Part shown: piece by piece, positions 1-8,187 of the stretch | Numbering within the stretch: position 1 is the first letter of the stretch | Layout: each line of letters begins with the position of its first letter | NCBI GenBank assembly: GCA_043820105.1 | Contig: JBDREC010000028.1 | Location: forward strand, 1 to 64,000 | Source: Pseudomonadota bacterium | Lineage (GTDB): Bacteria > Bdellovibrionota_F > JAHFAK01 > JBDREC01 | Reading direction: 5' to 3' | DNA: 64,000 nucleotides | Made by a program: the position numbers and the translations under genes | Notes under the pieces: generated by a model | The model's input: only the letters and a program-made list of their open reading frames with translations | The model's database searches: none | What the model was told of the DNA's origin: nothing

Positions 1-9
1 CCTAGTCAT
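1..9 (-). CDS. 5' end of a gene running off the left edge (Met-Thr-Arg...)
   Basis: Minus strand reads AAGAAGGGGGTTAATT-ATG-ACT-AGG: purine-rich RBS then ATG at 9; only 3 codons visible. Confidence 0.45.
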
Positions 10-256
10 AATTAACCCCCTTCTTAAGCTTTGTGACCTTTGAGTATCCCTACTGCTCAATTATGCCTTAGCACCTGGATCATGGTTTCTCCTTCTAGCT
101 GTTTCACCATTGCTGATGACCCTGGCTAAAATTCGATGCTACGTTTATCGGTTCTTGCCGACACAATTTATTAAGTACCCAGCGAACTGTTTACTTAACC
201 AGTGTGGACCTTGTATCAGGTCTAACTACCTCTTAGCTACTCCCCCCTGCCTTGTA
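10..256 (-). ncRNA. Candidate structured 5' leader or ncRNA, family not recognised
   Basis: More GC-rich than flanks, no ORF in track, several hairpins including TTAAGTA..CAG-TTCG-CTG..TACTTAA, CATCA-GCAA-TGGTG and GACCT-GATACA-AGGTC; lies directly downstream of a sigma-70 promoter. Confidence 0.5.
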
Positions 257-262
257 AGATAA

Positions 263-291
263 CTTATAAGCAAACAATTTACATTTGTCAA
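263..291 (-). promoter_or_regulatory. Sigma-70-type promoter
   Basis: Minus strand TTGACA (291-286), 17-nt spacer, TATAAG (268-263). Confidence 0.7.
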
Positions 292-306
292 CAATTATTT
301 CATATT

Positions 307-380
307 ATTTTCACATAATCGTCACAATTGAATGATTTCAATGGTTTAGGTTGTCACTTATTTTTCACAATTCCGTCACT
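307..380. promoter_or_regulatory. 11-bp-periodic TCAC direct repeats, candidate transcription-factor sites
   Basis: TCAC at 311, 322, 354, 365, 376, just upstream of the -35 box. Confidence 0.45.
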
Positions 381-591
381 TGCAGGGTAAGGTTTTAGAT
401 GCATGACATTGTTTTTCTTTGCTGTTCAGCTGCTTTTGGCTTATTGCTTGTGTTTATACTATTCATGATTGTTTACATATGCCTTATTTCTGCTTTCCAG
501 CTCGTTTGATTTCTGTTACTCTTTATCCACTATGGTTTAATGTGGGTTTTTAATTAATAGTACCTTTATTTTGAATGTAGTTTTATTTAAA

Positions 592-711
592 CACAGAGTC
601 ACAGAGAACACAGAGATAAAAACAAAATACATTTAAACTTGAACTTTAAACGTATTTTGTTTTTTGATTTTTTTAATATTCTTTTTTCTCTGTGCCTCTG
701 TGACTCTGTGG
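592..711. repeat. Inverted pair of CACAGAG(N) tandem arrays
   Basis: CACAGAGT-CACAGAGAA-CACAGAGA (592-616) and TCTCTGTG-CCTCTGTG-ACTCTGTGG (687-711) around an AT-rich spacer. Confidence 0.85.
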
Positions 712-744
712 TTTTTGGATTATGATTTGGAATTATGAATATGA

Positions 745-3048
745 TTAAGATTTTTTCGACAAACATTTACCCAAAATTTTCATCAAACGATCAGAAGAAA
801 GAAAAACTGGAATATTATTTTTTTCAAGTTCTTCTATCATTGGATCATAGTCTTTTCCTGAATCAACAACAACAAGTAATGGTTTATTATATTTTTGTCC
901 TAATCCTATTATTTTTTGAACTATACTCTTTTCTGAGGTAATTGATTCATGTTTGAATTTTTCTTCTGGAATTGTTTTGCAGGCAGGGGTCAAAGGAACA
1001 ATTGAAGCGATTACTATATCAACATTTTCACTTTCTAAATAAGTTGTTATAACTGCTTCATAAACATCGTCATTTGCCATGGGAGTTAAATCTATTGGAT
1101 TTTTTACATTTACAAGTGAATCAATTTTAGCTTCTTTTAAAATGTTTTTTAATTTATTTTCTGTTTCCTCATTAAGAGTCGGAAAGGTCATTTTATATTC
1201 ATCAGTAGTAAGGTTATCTGCAAAGCCTACACATTCATAGCCTGCGTTGCTAATAACGCCTAAGCGATCGCCTTTAAGCTTCTTATTTCCTGCTAAGCTT
1301 AATAGTCTTATAATTTCTTCATAATCATGAAAATCATCAACTGCAATTGCGCCAGCATCTGAAGCAAGGGCCATACAAACATCCCAGTTACCTGCCATAG
1401 AAGCAGTATGACCAGCTGTGGCTTTTTTGCCTTCTTCTGTTCTACCACCCTTATAAAAAACAACTTTTTTGCCGGCTTTAATTGACTCTTTACAAAGTTT
1501 TATAAAATTTAAACCATCATTGTCATTAAAACCTTCGACATATAGACCAATTACATCAATTTCTTCACTTGTAGCTAAGTAATGCAAAAAATCAGGAGAT
1601 GTTAAGTCAACTTGATTTCCTGTTGAAACAAGCAAAGATGGTTGCAAGAACTCAAGATTTGATCTTCTTGTTATCATAAAAGCACCACTTTGACTAATAA
1701 TGGCTGTATTGTTAGTTTCATGTTTGCGGGATTTTTTTAGTTTGTATTCAGGAATAAACAAAGTATCAAACCTACCCTTCATTGACAATATTCCAAGACA
1801 ATTGCCTCCAACTAAAACAGGGCCCAAAGACTTAGTTTTTCGTGATTCACAAATATCTTCTTTTATCTGATTCTCAAACTTTTTTCCTTGCTGGGTTTCA
1901 CCCATGCCACCTGGAATTAAAATAATTGATTCAGTTTTATCTTCTTTAATTAACTCCATACATGAATCACCAGCAACTGCTGCTGGAACAGAAATTACTG
2001 CTAAATCCATTTTTTGAGGTAAATCAGAAATTGATGGATAACATTTAACCTCATCTATTTCTTCAATACCTGGCTTGATCACATAGATCTGCTTTTTATC
2101 AAAACCCATATTGATAATGTTTTTAAGAATAATTCGACCTACATTCATCTTTTCTGAAACACCGATTAAACAAATTGACCTGGGTTCTAAAAGATTTTTT
2201 ATTTTATGCAGTGGCTTTTGTATAACTTCTGATTTGTTTTTTGAAATCTTACATAAAGCATCAATTGCACATAACTTTTTATTCTTAAAAATAAATGGAT
2301 TAATTTCAAACTCTTCAATTGTAAATTTTGCATCAAGGTTATATTGACTGTAATTATTGCATAAATCTTTTATCGCTGAAATTGTATTCTTTAACTCTTC
2401 ATCAGATATTCTAACTATTTTATCCCTTGTCTTGCCTGATATTTTTTCATAAAAGGAGGTGTTTTTTAATTTATTAAGAATAAATTCTGCTTCATTAACT
2501 TCTAAAGAAGCATGTATAATAGCCTCATTCTTCTTAAAATTCTTTGCATAAAATTCAGTATCAGTTCCACCTGCTCCCATTGTAAGAACCTGGCCAAACT
2601 CTCGATTGTTTTGACAACCTACTAATAGCTCTTCACCAAATCTATTTGCATTGTATTGCATAAACTCAACCAGCAAAAATCCAGATATTTTTAGGCTATT
2701 CCCTATGGAAGGATCAAATTCAGCGAGCTTTGATGGAATAGTTTCTTTCATTTCAAGAAGTGCATTATTAATGCTTTCATAGCTTTTCTCAACAATTTTT
2801 ACTCCATCAACTTCTGTTTTATGTAGAATCTGCTCAGAAACAACTTTAAGAACTATTTTATCTGAAGCAAAAGAATCCAATTTAACATTTTTAAGTTCTT
2901 CTAAAGAATCATAAGGCAAAAACCTATATGTAGGACTTTGAAGATTAATAGCTTCTAGAACAGCGTATAATTCATGTTCTAATAAATAGCTTCTATTATT
3001 TTCAATTGCTCCTGAAAAGATTTCATCAATTTTAGTGAATGAAAGCAT
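745..3048 (-). CDS. ADP-forming acetate/acyl-CoA ligase (ACD family), ATP-grasp domain N-terminal to the CoA-binding and ligase domains
   Basis: N-terminal ATP-grasp motifs (VLKVVSEQILHKTEVDGV, EFEINP), then LLEPRSICLIG, GGNCLG, ISQSGA, phospho-His motif AGHTASMAG, NPIDLT; downstream of iorAB. Confidence 0.85.
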   Translation of the reverse strand: MLSFTKIDEIFSGAIENNRSYLLEHELYAVLEAINLQSPTYRFLPYDSLEELKNVKLDSFASDKIVLKVVSEQILHKTEVDGVKIVEKSYESINNALLEMKETIPSKLAEFDPSIGNSLKISGFLLVEFMQYNANRFGEELLVGCQNNREFGQVLTMGAGGTDTEFYAKNFKKNEAIIHASLEVNEAEFILNKLKNTSFYEKISGKTRDKIVRISDEELKNTISAIKDLCNNYSQYNLDAKFTIEEFEINPFIFKNKKLCAIDALCKISKNKSEVIQKPLHKIKNLLEPRSICLIGVSEKMNVGRIILKNIINMGFDKKQIYVIKPGIEEIDEVKCYPSISDLPQKMDLAVISVPAAVAGDSCMELIKEDKTESIILIPGGMGETQQGKKFENQIKEDICESRKTKSLGPVLVGGNCLGILSMKGRFDTLFIPEYKLKKSRKHETNNTAIISQSGAFMITRRSNLEFLQPSLLVSTGNQVDLTSPDFLHYLATSEEIDVIGLYVEGFNDNDGLNFIKLCKESIKAGKKVVFYKGGRTEEGKKATAGHTASMAGNWDVCMALASDAGAIAVDDFHDYEEIIRLLSLAGNKKLKGDRLGVISNAGYECVGFADNLTTDEYKMTFPTLNEETENKLKNILKEAKIDSLVNVKNPIDLTPMANDDVYEAVITTYLESENVDIVIASIVPLTPACKTIPEEKFKHESITSEKSIVQKIIGLGQKYNKPLLVVVDSGKDYDPMIEELEKNNIPVFLSSDRLMKILGKCLSKKS

Positions 3049-3090
3049 GTTTAACTCCGGTAATTATTTTAAAAGTATTGAATACAATTT

Positions 3091-3163
3091 GGCTATCAGT
3101 TGTCGGCTGTCAGCCATCAGCTAATTTAAATGCCCAAAAGCTGATAACTGAAGGCTGAAAACC
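3091..3163. repeat. Inverted pair of GCTRTCA-type heptamer arrays
   Basis: GGCTATCAGTTGTCGGCTGTCAGCCATCAGCT ... AGCTGATAACTGAAGGCTGAAAACC. Confidence 0.75.
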
Positions 3164-3183
3164 TAAATGTTTTACAAATGTAA

Positions 3184-3756
3184 TTAAGATACTGCCCCTT
3201 GTCCTAATTCAAATGCTCTTTTATTCAAATCAACTATTTTTTCGCCTTTTCTTGCAAAAAGCATTTCAATAAATTTTATATAACTATCTTTTTTCATTGG
3301 TAAGAATTTTGAAGCAGCTCCTACAATAACCATATTTTGCGCTCTGGCATTGCCTGCTTCTTTTGCTAAAGTTTCAGAATCAACTAAATGACAGGATGAA
3401 ATTGATTTTAATCTTTGAAGCAGCTCATCTAAATTTGGATAGTTTGGAATATTTTCAACAGGTGCAATTCCAGTGACAATACTACCACTTTTTGATAAAT
3501 AATGTATGTATCTTTCTGTTTCCATGGGTTCAACGCCAATTAACAAGTCTGCGCTGCCTACAGAAACCAAATCACTGCTAATTTCTTGATCAGAAATTCT
3601 CAAATGACTTTGCACTGAACCACCACGCTGACTCATTCCATGCACTTCTGACTGTTTAAAGTTTAAGCCTTCTTCTAAGGCAGCATTATCAATTATATAA
3701 GAAATGGATAGGATTCCTTGACCACCCACTCCTGCTAGGATTATATCTTTTTTCAT
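3184..3756 (-). CDS. iorB: Indolepyruvate:ferredoxin oxidoreductase beta subunit
   Basis: IILAGVGGQGIL, SEVHGMSQRGGSV motifs; follows iorA. Confidence 0.92.
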   Translation of the reverse strand: MKKDIILAGVGGQGILSISYIIDNAALEEGLNFKQSEVHGMSQRGGSVQSHLRISDQEISSDLVSVGSADLLIGVEPMETERYIHYLSKSGSIVTGIAPVENIPNYPNLDELLQRLKSISSCHLVDSETLAKEAGNARAQNMVIVGAASKFLPMKKDSYIKFIEMLFARKGEKIVDLNKRAFELGQGAVS

Positions 3757-3776
3757 TTATTTCTCCAAATTTCAAA

Positions 3777-3872
3777 AGAACAAGGGAACATGGGAACAAG
3801 AAAACATGGCAAGAATTATTATCATTGCAATCTTGTGCTCTTGTTCTCTTGTGCTCTTGCGCTCTTATTCTC
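3777..3872. repeat. Inverted pair of GAACAAGR / YCTTGTKC octamer arrays between iorA and iorB
   Basis: AGAACAAGGGAACATGGGAACAAGAAAACATGG ... TCTTGTGCTCTTGTTCTCTTGTGCTCTTGCGCTCTTATTCTC. Confidence 0.85.
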
Positions 3873-3878
3873 AATAAT

Positions 3879-5462
3879 TTACTTTCGTTTAATTTGTATA
3901 CATGCACGCCTAGGTACAATAACACTTAAACCTTTATATCCAACTTCCTTCTTAATTATTTCCACATTTTCAACATGAAACTTTGGCAATGGATTAATAA
4001 CTTTTAGGTGTTCCTCATCAACTCCAAGACCTTTAATTATGCTTAAAAGTCTTTCACCAGAGGCAATTGAAAGTTGAGAGCCTGTCATAGCTGTTGTTTC
4101 ATTATCTAAAATAAAAACTGTAATATTATTATTTTCATAAGCAGCACCTAAAAGTGGTGTCATACCAGAGTGACCAAAGGTTGAATCTCCAATTACTGCA
4201 AAACAAGGATGCATGCCAGCGTGGCTTGCTCCACTTGCTGCGCTAATGCTTGCTCCCATATCAATGCATGTATCAATTGCTTCATAAGGTGGCAAAGCAC
4301 CTAAAGTATAACAGCCAATATCACTGAAAACTGCACCATTAGGAAAGTCAGCCATAATTTCATTGATTGCATTATATGTATCAATATGTGAACAACCCTT
4401 ACAAAGTGATGGAGGTCTGCCTGGAACTTGAGCAGGTTTATCAAACATAGCATTGTCATTTTTTAAACCTAGGGCATCTGCAACTATATCAGGATTTAAC
4501 TCACCACATCTTGGTAGTCTTTCATTTAATTTACCTGATATTTTTTTATTTTTAAATGAAAATCCTGAAGTAAGAATCTTTTCAATATATGGATAGCCTT
4601 CCTCTATTACAAGTAGTTCATCACAATGTTCATAAATTTTAGCTACCATATCCATTGGCAAAGGATATTGAGATATTTTTAAAATAGAAGGCATAAATTC
4701 AAGCCTTGATAAATGTTCATTTAGATAATTTGTTGCGATTCCAGATACAATTATTCCCAGTAATTTACTTTCTTGGTTTAACTTAAGAAAATTAAATTCT
4801 GATTTCATTGATTCATCAATAAAATCATTTTGTTTTTTTACTAAGTTAGCATATTGAACTCTTGCGTGGCTTGGCAATAAAACCCATTCTTTTCTGCTTG
4901 GTTTTTCAGTTAGTTCATTTTGAGCTCGAACTTCTGCAATATTTACATTACCCCTTGAGTGTGCAAGACGAGTGGTTAATCTCATAATTATTGGAACCTT
5001 GTGTCTTTCTGAATAATCATAGGCCATACGAGTCATTTCATAAGCTTCCTGTTGGTCTTTTGGTTCAAAACAAGGAACAAGACCAAAATCAGCGAAATAT
5101 CTTGTATCCTGTTCATTTTGAGAGGAATGCATACCTGGATCATCACAAACTAAAATAACTAAACCACCATTTGTGCCTGTAATAGCTGAGTTCATAAAAG
5201 GATCAGCTGCAACATTTAAACCAACATGCTTCATTGTAACCAGAGATCTTTTTCCAGCAAAACTCATTCCAAGGGCTTCTTCAAGTCCTACCTTTTCATT
5301 TGCTGACCAGGTTGCATGAACATTAAACTTCTTACTAAGTCTTTCTACATATTCAAAGGCCTCAGTTGATGGAGTACCAGGATAACCATAAACACCCGAA
5401 ATCCCAGCATGAATCGCCCCCAAGGCAACCGCTTCATCACCTAAAAGTATCTCTTTTTGCAT
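3879..5462 (-). CDS. iorA: Indolepyruvate:ferredoxin oxidoreductase alpha subunit (short form, no C-terminal ferredoxin domain)
   Basis: GYPGTPSTE, MKHVGLNVAADP, SSQNEQD, RPPSLCKGCSH, DIGCYTLG, TPP motif GDSTF..DN. Confidence 0.93.
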   Translation of the reverse strand: MQKEILLGDEAVALGAIHAGISGVYGYPGTPSTEAFEYVERLSKKFNVHATWSANEKVGLEEALGMSFAGKRSLVTMKHVGLNVAADPFMNSAITGTNGGLVILVCDDPGMHSSQNEQDTRYFADFGLVPCFEPKDQQEAYEMTRMAYDYSERHKVPIIMRLTTRLAHSRGNVNIAEVRAQNELTEKPSRKEWVLLPSHARVQYANLVKKQNDFIDESMKSEFNFLKLNQESKLLGIIVSGIATNYLNEHLSRLEFMPSILKISQYPLPMDMVAKIYEHCDELLVIEEGYPYIEKILTSGFSFKNKKISGKLNERLPRCGELNPDIVADALGLKNDNAMFDKPAQVPGRPPSLCKGCSHIDTYNAINEIMADFPNGAVFSDIGCYTLGALPPYEAIDTCIDMGASISAASGASHAGMHPCFAVIGDSTFGHSGMTPLLGAAYENNNITVFILDNETTAMTGSQLSIASGERLLSIIKGLGVDEEHLKVINPLPKFHVENVEIIKKEVGYKGLSVIVPRRACIQIKRK

Positions 5463-5538
5463 TTTTTACACCTCTTTATTTGTAATAGTCATATTTGGTG
5501 TGGATTGAGTAAAATGAATTGAAATAAGTGTCAAATGA

Positions 5539-5704
5539 TAAGTGGTAAGTGGTAAGCAGTAAGTGGTAAGTGGTAAGTGGTAAGTGGTAAGTGGTAAGTG
5601 GTAAGTTTAGTTACTCGATGCTGGATACTCGATAATTTGGGTCTGGCTACTTGTTCTCTTGTTCTCTTGCGCTCTTGTTCTCTCGCGTTCCTGTTCCCTT
5701 GTCC
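5539..5704. repeat. Composite array: (TAAGTGG)x9, TACTCGA-type x3, CTTGTTCY-type octamers
   Basis: Three different short tandem families abut between the lepB stop and the iorA upstream region. Confidence 0.9.
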
Positions 5705-6451
5705 CTATTTCAACAACTTAAACTGTCTATTAAACCTAATCTTATTAAAAAAACCTTCACCTTCCTTATCCCAGGAAAACCAGATTATTTTTACTTTGCC
5801 TTTAATATTATTGAAAGGCACAACGCCCCAATAGCGTGAATCGCGGCTATTGTCTCGGTTGTCACCCATGACAAAATATGAATCAGGGGGAACAGTGTAT
5901 GGGCCAAAGGTTTGAGGTCTTAGCAAAAACTCTGATTCGAAATGTTGAATTTTATGATTTAGGTCAATAAGCTTTTCATTGTAAGTTGTAACATTACCAA
6001 AAATCTCAAATTTTTCTTTTGTGTACAGCTTGTTTATTTCTAATTTTTCATCATTAATATAAACATAAGGTGATTTTACTTCTATTTTGTCTCCTGGCAA
6101 ACCAATTACTCTTTTAACCATATCAATACCTGGATTTTCTTTATCAGGGCTTCTAAAAACAATAATATCACCTCTTTTGGGCTTATCATATGTAAAAATA
6201 TTTATATTTGTAAAAGGAACTGGCAGTTTCAGGCTATATGAAATATGTGAGGCAAAAAGATGATCCCCAATTTCAATTGTAGGAATCATAGAACCAGTTG
6301 GAACTTTATAATTTCCAATAATTGATGTTCTTATCATTAAGGCAATTACTAAAGCAATGATAATCGTTTTATATGTTGGCCAGGCCTCTATTATAACTTT
6401 ATGAAATATTTTTTTCCATATCGGTGTATTAGGATCAAGTTTAGTGCTCAT
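5705..6451 (-). CDS. lepB: Signal peptidase I
   Basis: VPTGSMIPT (catalytic Ser), RGDIIVF, VKRVIGLPGD (catalytic Lys), GDNRDNSRDSRYWG. Confidence 0.95.
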   Translation of the reverse strand: MSTKLDPNTPIWKKIFHKVIIEAWPTYKTIIIALVIALMIRTSIIGNYKVPTGSMIPTIEIGDHLFASHISYSLKLPVPFTNINIFTYDKPKRGDIIVFRSPDKENPGIDMVKRVIGLPGDKIEVKSPYVYINDEKLEINKLYTKEKFEIFGNVTTYNEKLIDLNHKIQHFESEFLLRPQTFGPYTVPPDSYFVMGDNRDNSRDSRYWGVVPFNNIKGKVKIIWFSWDKEGEGFFNKIRFNRQFKLLK

Positions 6452-6634
6452 TTAATCTCCAATTAACATTAGAAAAACAATTAATTATATAATTTCCAAG
6501 AAAGGGTCAAGCTTTTAGCTTGTAGATATCATACAAGATAGCTTTTAAAAGAATAAAATAATGTAATTCTTAATAATTCAAAAAAATAAAATAAAATAAT
6601 GTAGTATTTCATTCTCATTTAACCCTCCCCTCTT

Positions 6635-6687
6635 CTCTTGTTCTCTTGTTCTCTTGTTCCCTTGTTCCCTTGTTCCCTTGTTCTCTT
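6635..6687. repeat. (CTTGTTCY) octamer array, about 6 units
   Basis: Directly follows the stop codon of the minus-strand lipoprotein gene. Confidence 0.9.
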
Positions 6688-6688
6688 A

Positions 6689-7324
6689 TCATAAATCAAT
6701 TTCATTAGAAGTTGCAATATTCCCAGCGAAATCAGCAACTGTAATTGAAGCTTTAGTGCTATCAGCAGAAAAAGTAAAGTTAGTTAACCTATAGCTTCCA
6801 GAATAAAAAACGACATTATCTTCATAAGAAAGGGTTTCGTTATCTGTAGAACTTACAATAGTAACGGCAGTATCATCACTTATGTTAAAATCTATGACAT
6901 ATGTACCTGGGTTTGTGTCAGGAATTACTGACAGTAAGGTTACTTGAGGACTTATACCATCTGTCAATTGCTCTGTAGTTGCAAAGGTCAAAGACTCAGT
7001 TGATATAGTTGTCGTTCCATAAGTTACTGAAACAACACCGTCTTCAACATCATCTGGAATTGGTACTGTTATTATAGAACCAGTTGAATTAACAAGTACA
7101 TTTTCAGCAGCTTCTGTTGAATTTGGAAAATAAACGAAATTTTCTCCGTTTGTTGAAAACCCTGCTCCTTCGATTACTAAAAAATTTTCTAAAGAAGAAT
7201 AATTTGAATGAGCATTTGTAACTTCAAATATATAAGCTGCATCTATAGCAAGATCATCTTCCTCAAAACACGAGATCAAAGAAATAAGCACAAGTATGGG
7301 AAGTAGAATTTTTATAAAACGCAT
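6689..7324 (-). CDS. Putative lipoprotein, acidic and beta-rich, IPT/TIG-like Ig domain
   Basis: Signal peptide with lipobox LISC; VIEGAGFS..VYF..ITVPIP..G.VSV pattern resembles IPT/TIG. Confidence 0.6.
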   Translation of the reverse strand: MRFIKILLPILVLISLISCFEEDDLAIDAAYIFEVTNAHSNYSSLENFLVIEGAGFSTNGENFVYFPNSTEAAENVLVNSTGSIITVPIPDDVEDGVVSVTYGTTTISTESLTFATTEQLTDGISPQVTLLSVIPDTNPGTYVIDFNISDDTAVTIVSSTDNETLSYEDNVVFYSGSYRLTNFTFSADSTKASITVADFAGNIATSNEIDL

Positions 7325-7498
7325 TTAAAACTCCAAAGCAGATAATAAAATTTCTGTCTTAGTGCTAAAAGTAATTATAAAAGCAAACAATAAAGTATCA
7401 AGTTAAAAAATTTACATTTTTTTCGGTTGATCTTCAACTTAATTCTTATTATTTAAGTACAAAACAATATTGAAATTCCTTTATTGAGGTTTTTAAAA

Positions 7499-8041
7499 AT
7501 GAATGAAGCGAAAAGAATAATATCTAAAAGTGAAGTTATTACAATTGTTATAATCTTTCTAGTTCTACTTGCAATTACTATTCCTACTTTTCAAAAATAC
7601 TTGAAACGTTCGAAAACTAGTGAAGCAATGATAAATATTAGAAAAATATTTGATGGTGAAGCAATATATTTCAACAAAGACTTTTCCTATACAGATGAAG
7701 AAGGCGAAACTCAGAGAGGAAGTCATAAATTTCTCTATATTGATTGGACACCTGAACTACCTGCAATTAAGGAAAAAAGAATTGGCGGCTTTAATAAACA
7801 TAAAAAGTGGAAACAAATATTTTTCAGAGAAAATAAAGCAGTCTATTTTTCTTATGCTGTGACAGATGGAAAAGTTGCTGAAAGAAACATTGATCCAAAA
7901 GCTTATTCTTTTGCAGCAAGAGCAAAAGCAGATCTTGATGGAGATGGCAATGTTTCTGAGATGCTTAGAGTTGGCTATAAAAACGAAAATGATGAAGTAG
8001 CTCCCTATGGTGGTTTATATATTTTTGATGAAGGTGAGTAA
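7499..8041 (+). CDS. Type IV pilin-like protein (myxobacterial PilA-like), non-canonical leader
   Basis: Hydrophobic helix then IPTFQKYLKRSKTSEAMINIRKIFDGE and C-terminal ARAKADLDGDG; ATG at 7499 follows GAGGT. Confidence 0.7.
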   Translation: MNEAKRIISKSEVITIVIIFLVLLAITIPTFQKYLKRSKTSEAMINIRKIFDGEAIYFNKDFSYTDEEGETQRGSHKFLYIDWTPELPAIKEKRIGGFNKHKKWKQIFFRENKAVYFSYAVTDGKVAERNIDPKAYSFAARAKADLDGDGNVSEMLRVGYKNENDEVAPYGGLYIFDEGE

Positions 8042-8051
8042 ATGAAGAAAG

Positions 8052-8167
8052 GTATTCAGTATTCAGTATTCAGTATTCAGTATTCAGTATTCAGTATTCA
8101 GTATTCAATATTCAGTATTCAATAATTGGTTTCTTTTCCTCAACTGAATACCGAATACTGTTATACT
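8052..8167. repeat. (GTATTCA)x10 plus inverted CTGAATA-type array
   Basis: 8052-8124 and 8144-8167, between pilin stop and mpl start. Confidence 0.9.
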
Positions 8168-8187
8168 ATTTTTTATAAAGGATAAAA

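Noticed and set aside
77-126. Fluoride-riboswitch-like words on the plus strand (GGATCATGG...GCTGATGAC)
   Set aside because: Pseudoknot pairing not satisfied, and promoter and gene are on the minus strand
5598-5839. Short plus-strand ORFs of 78 and 62 aa (also 3689-3925 and 3790-3978)
   Set aside because: They arise from stop-free octamer arrays and overlap real genes
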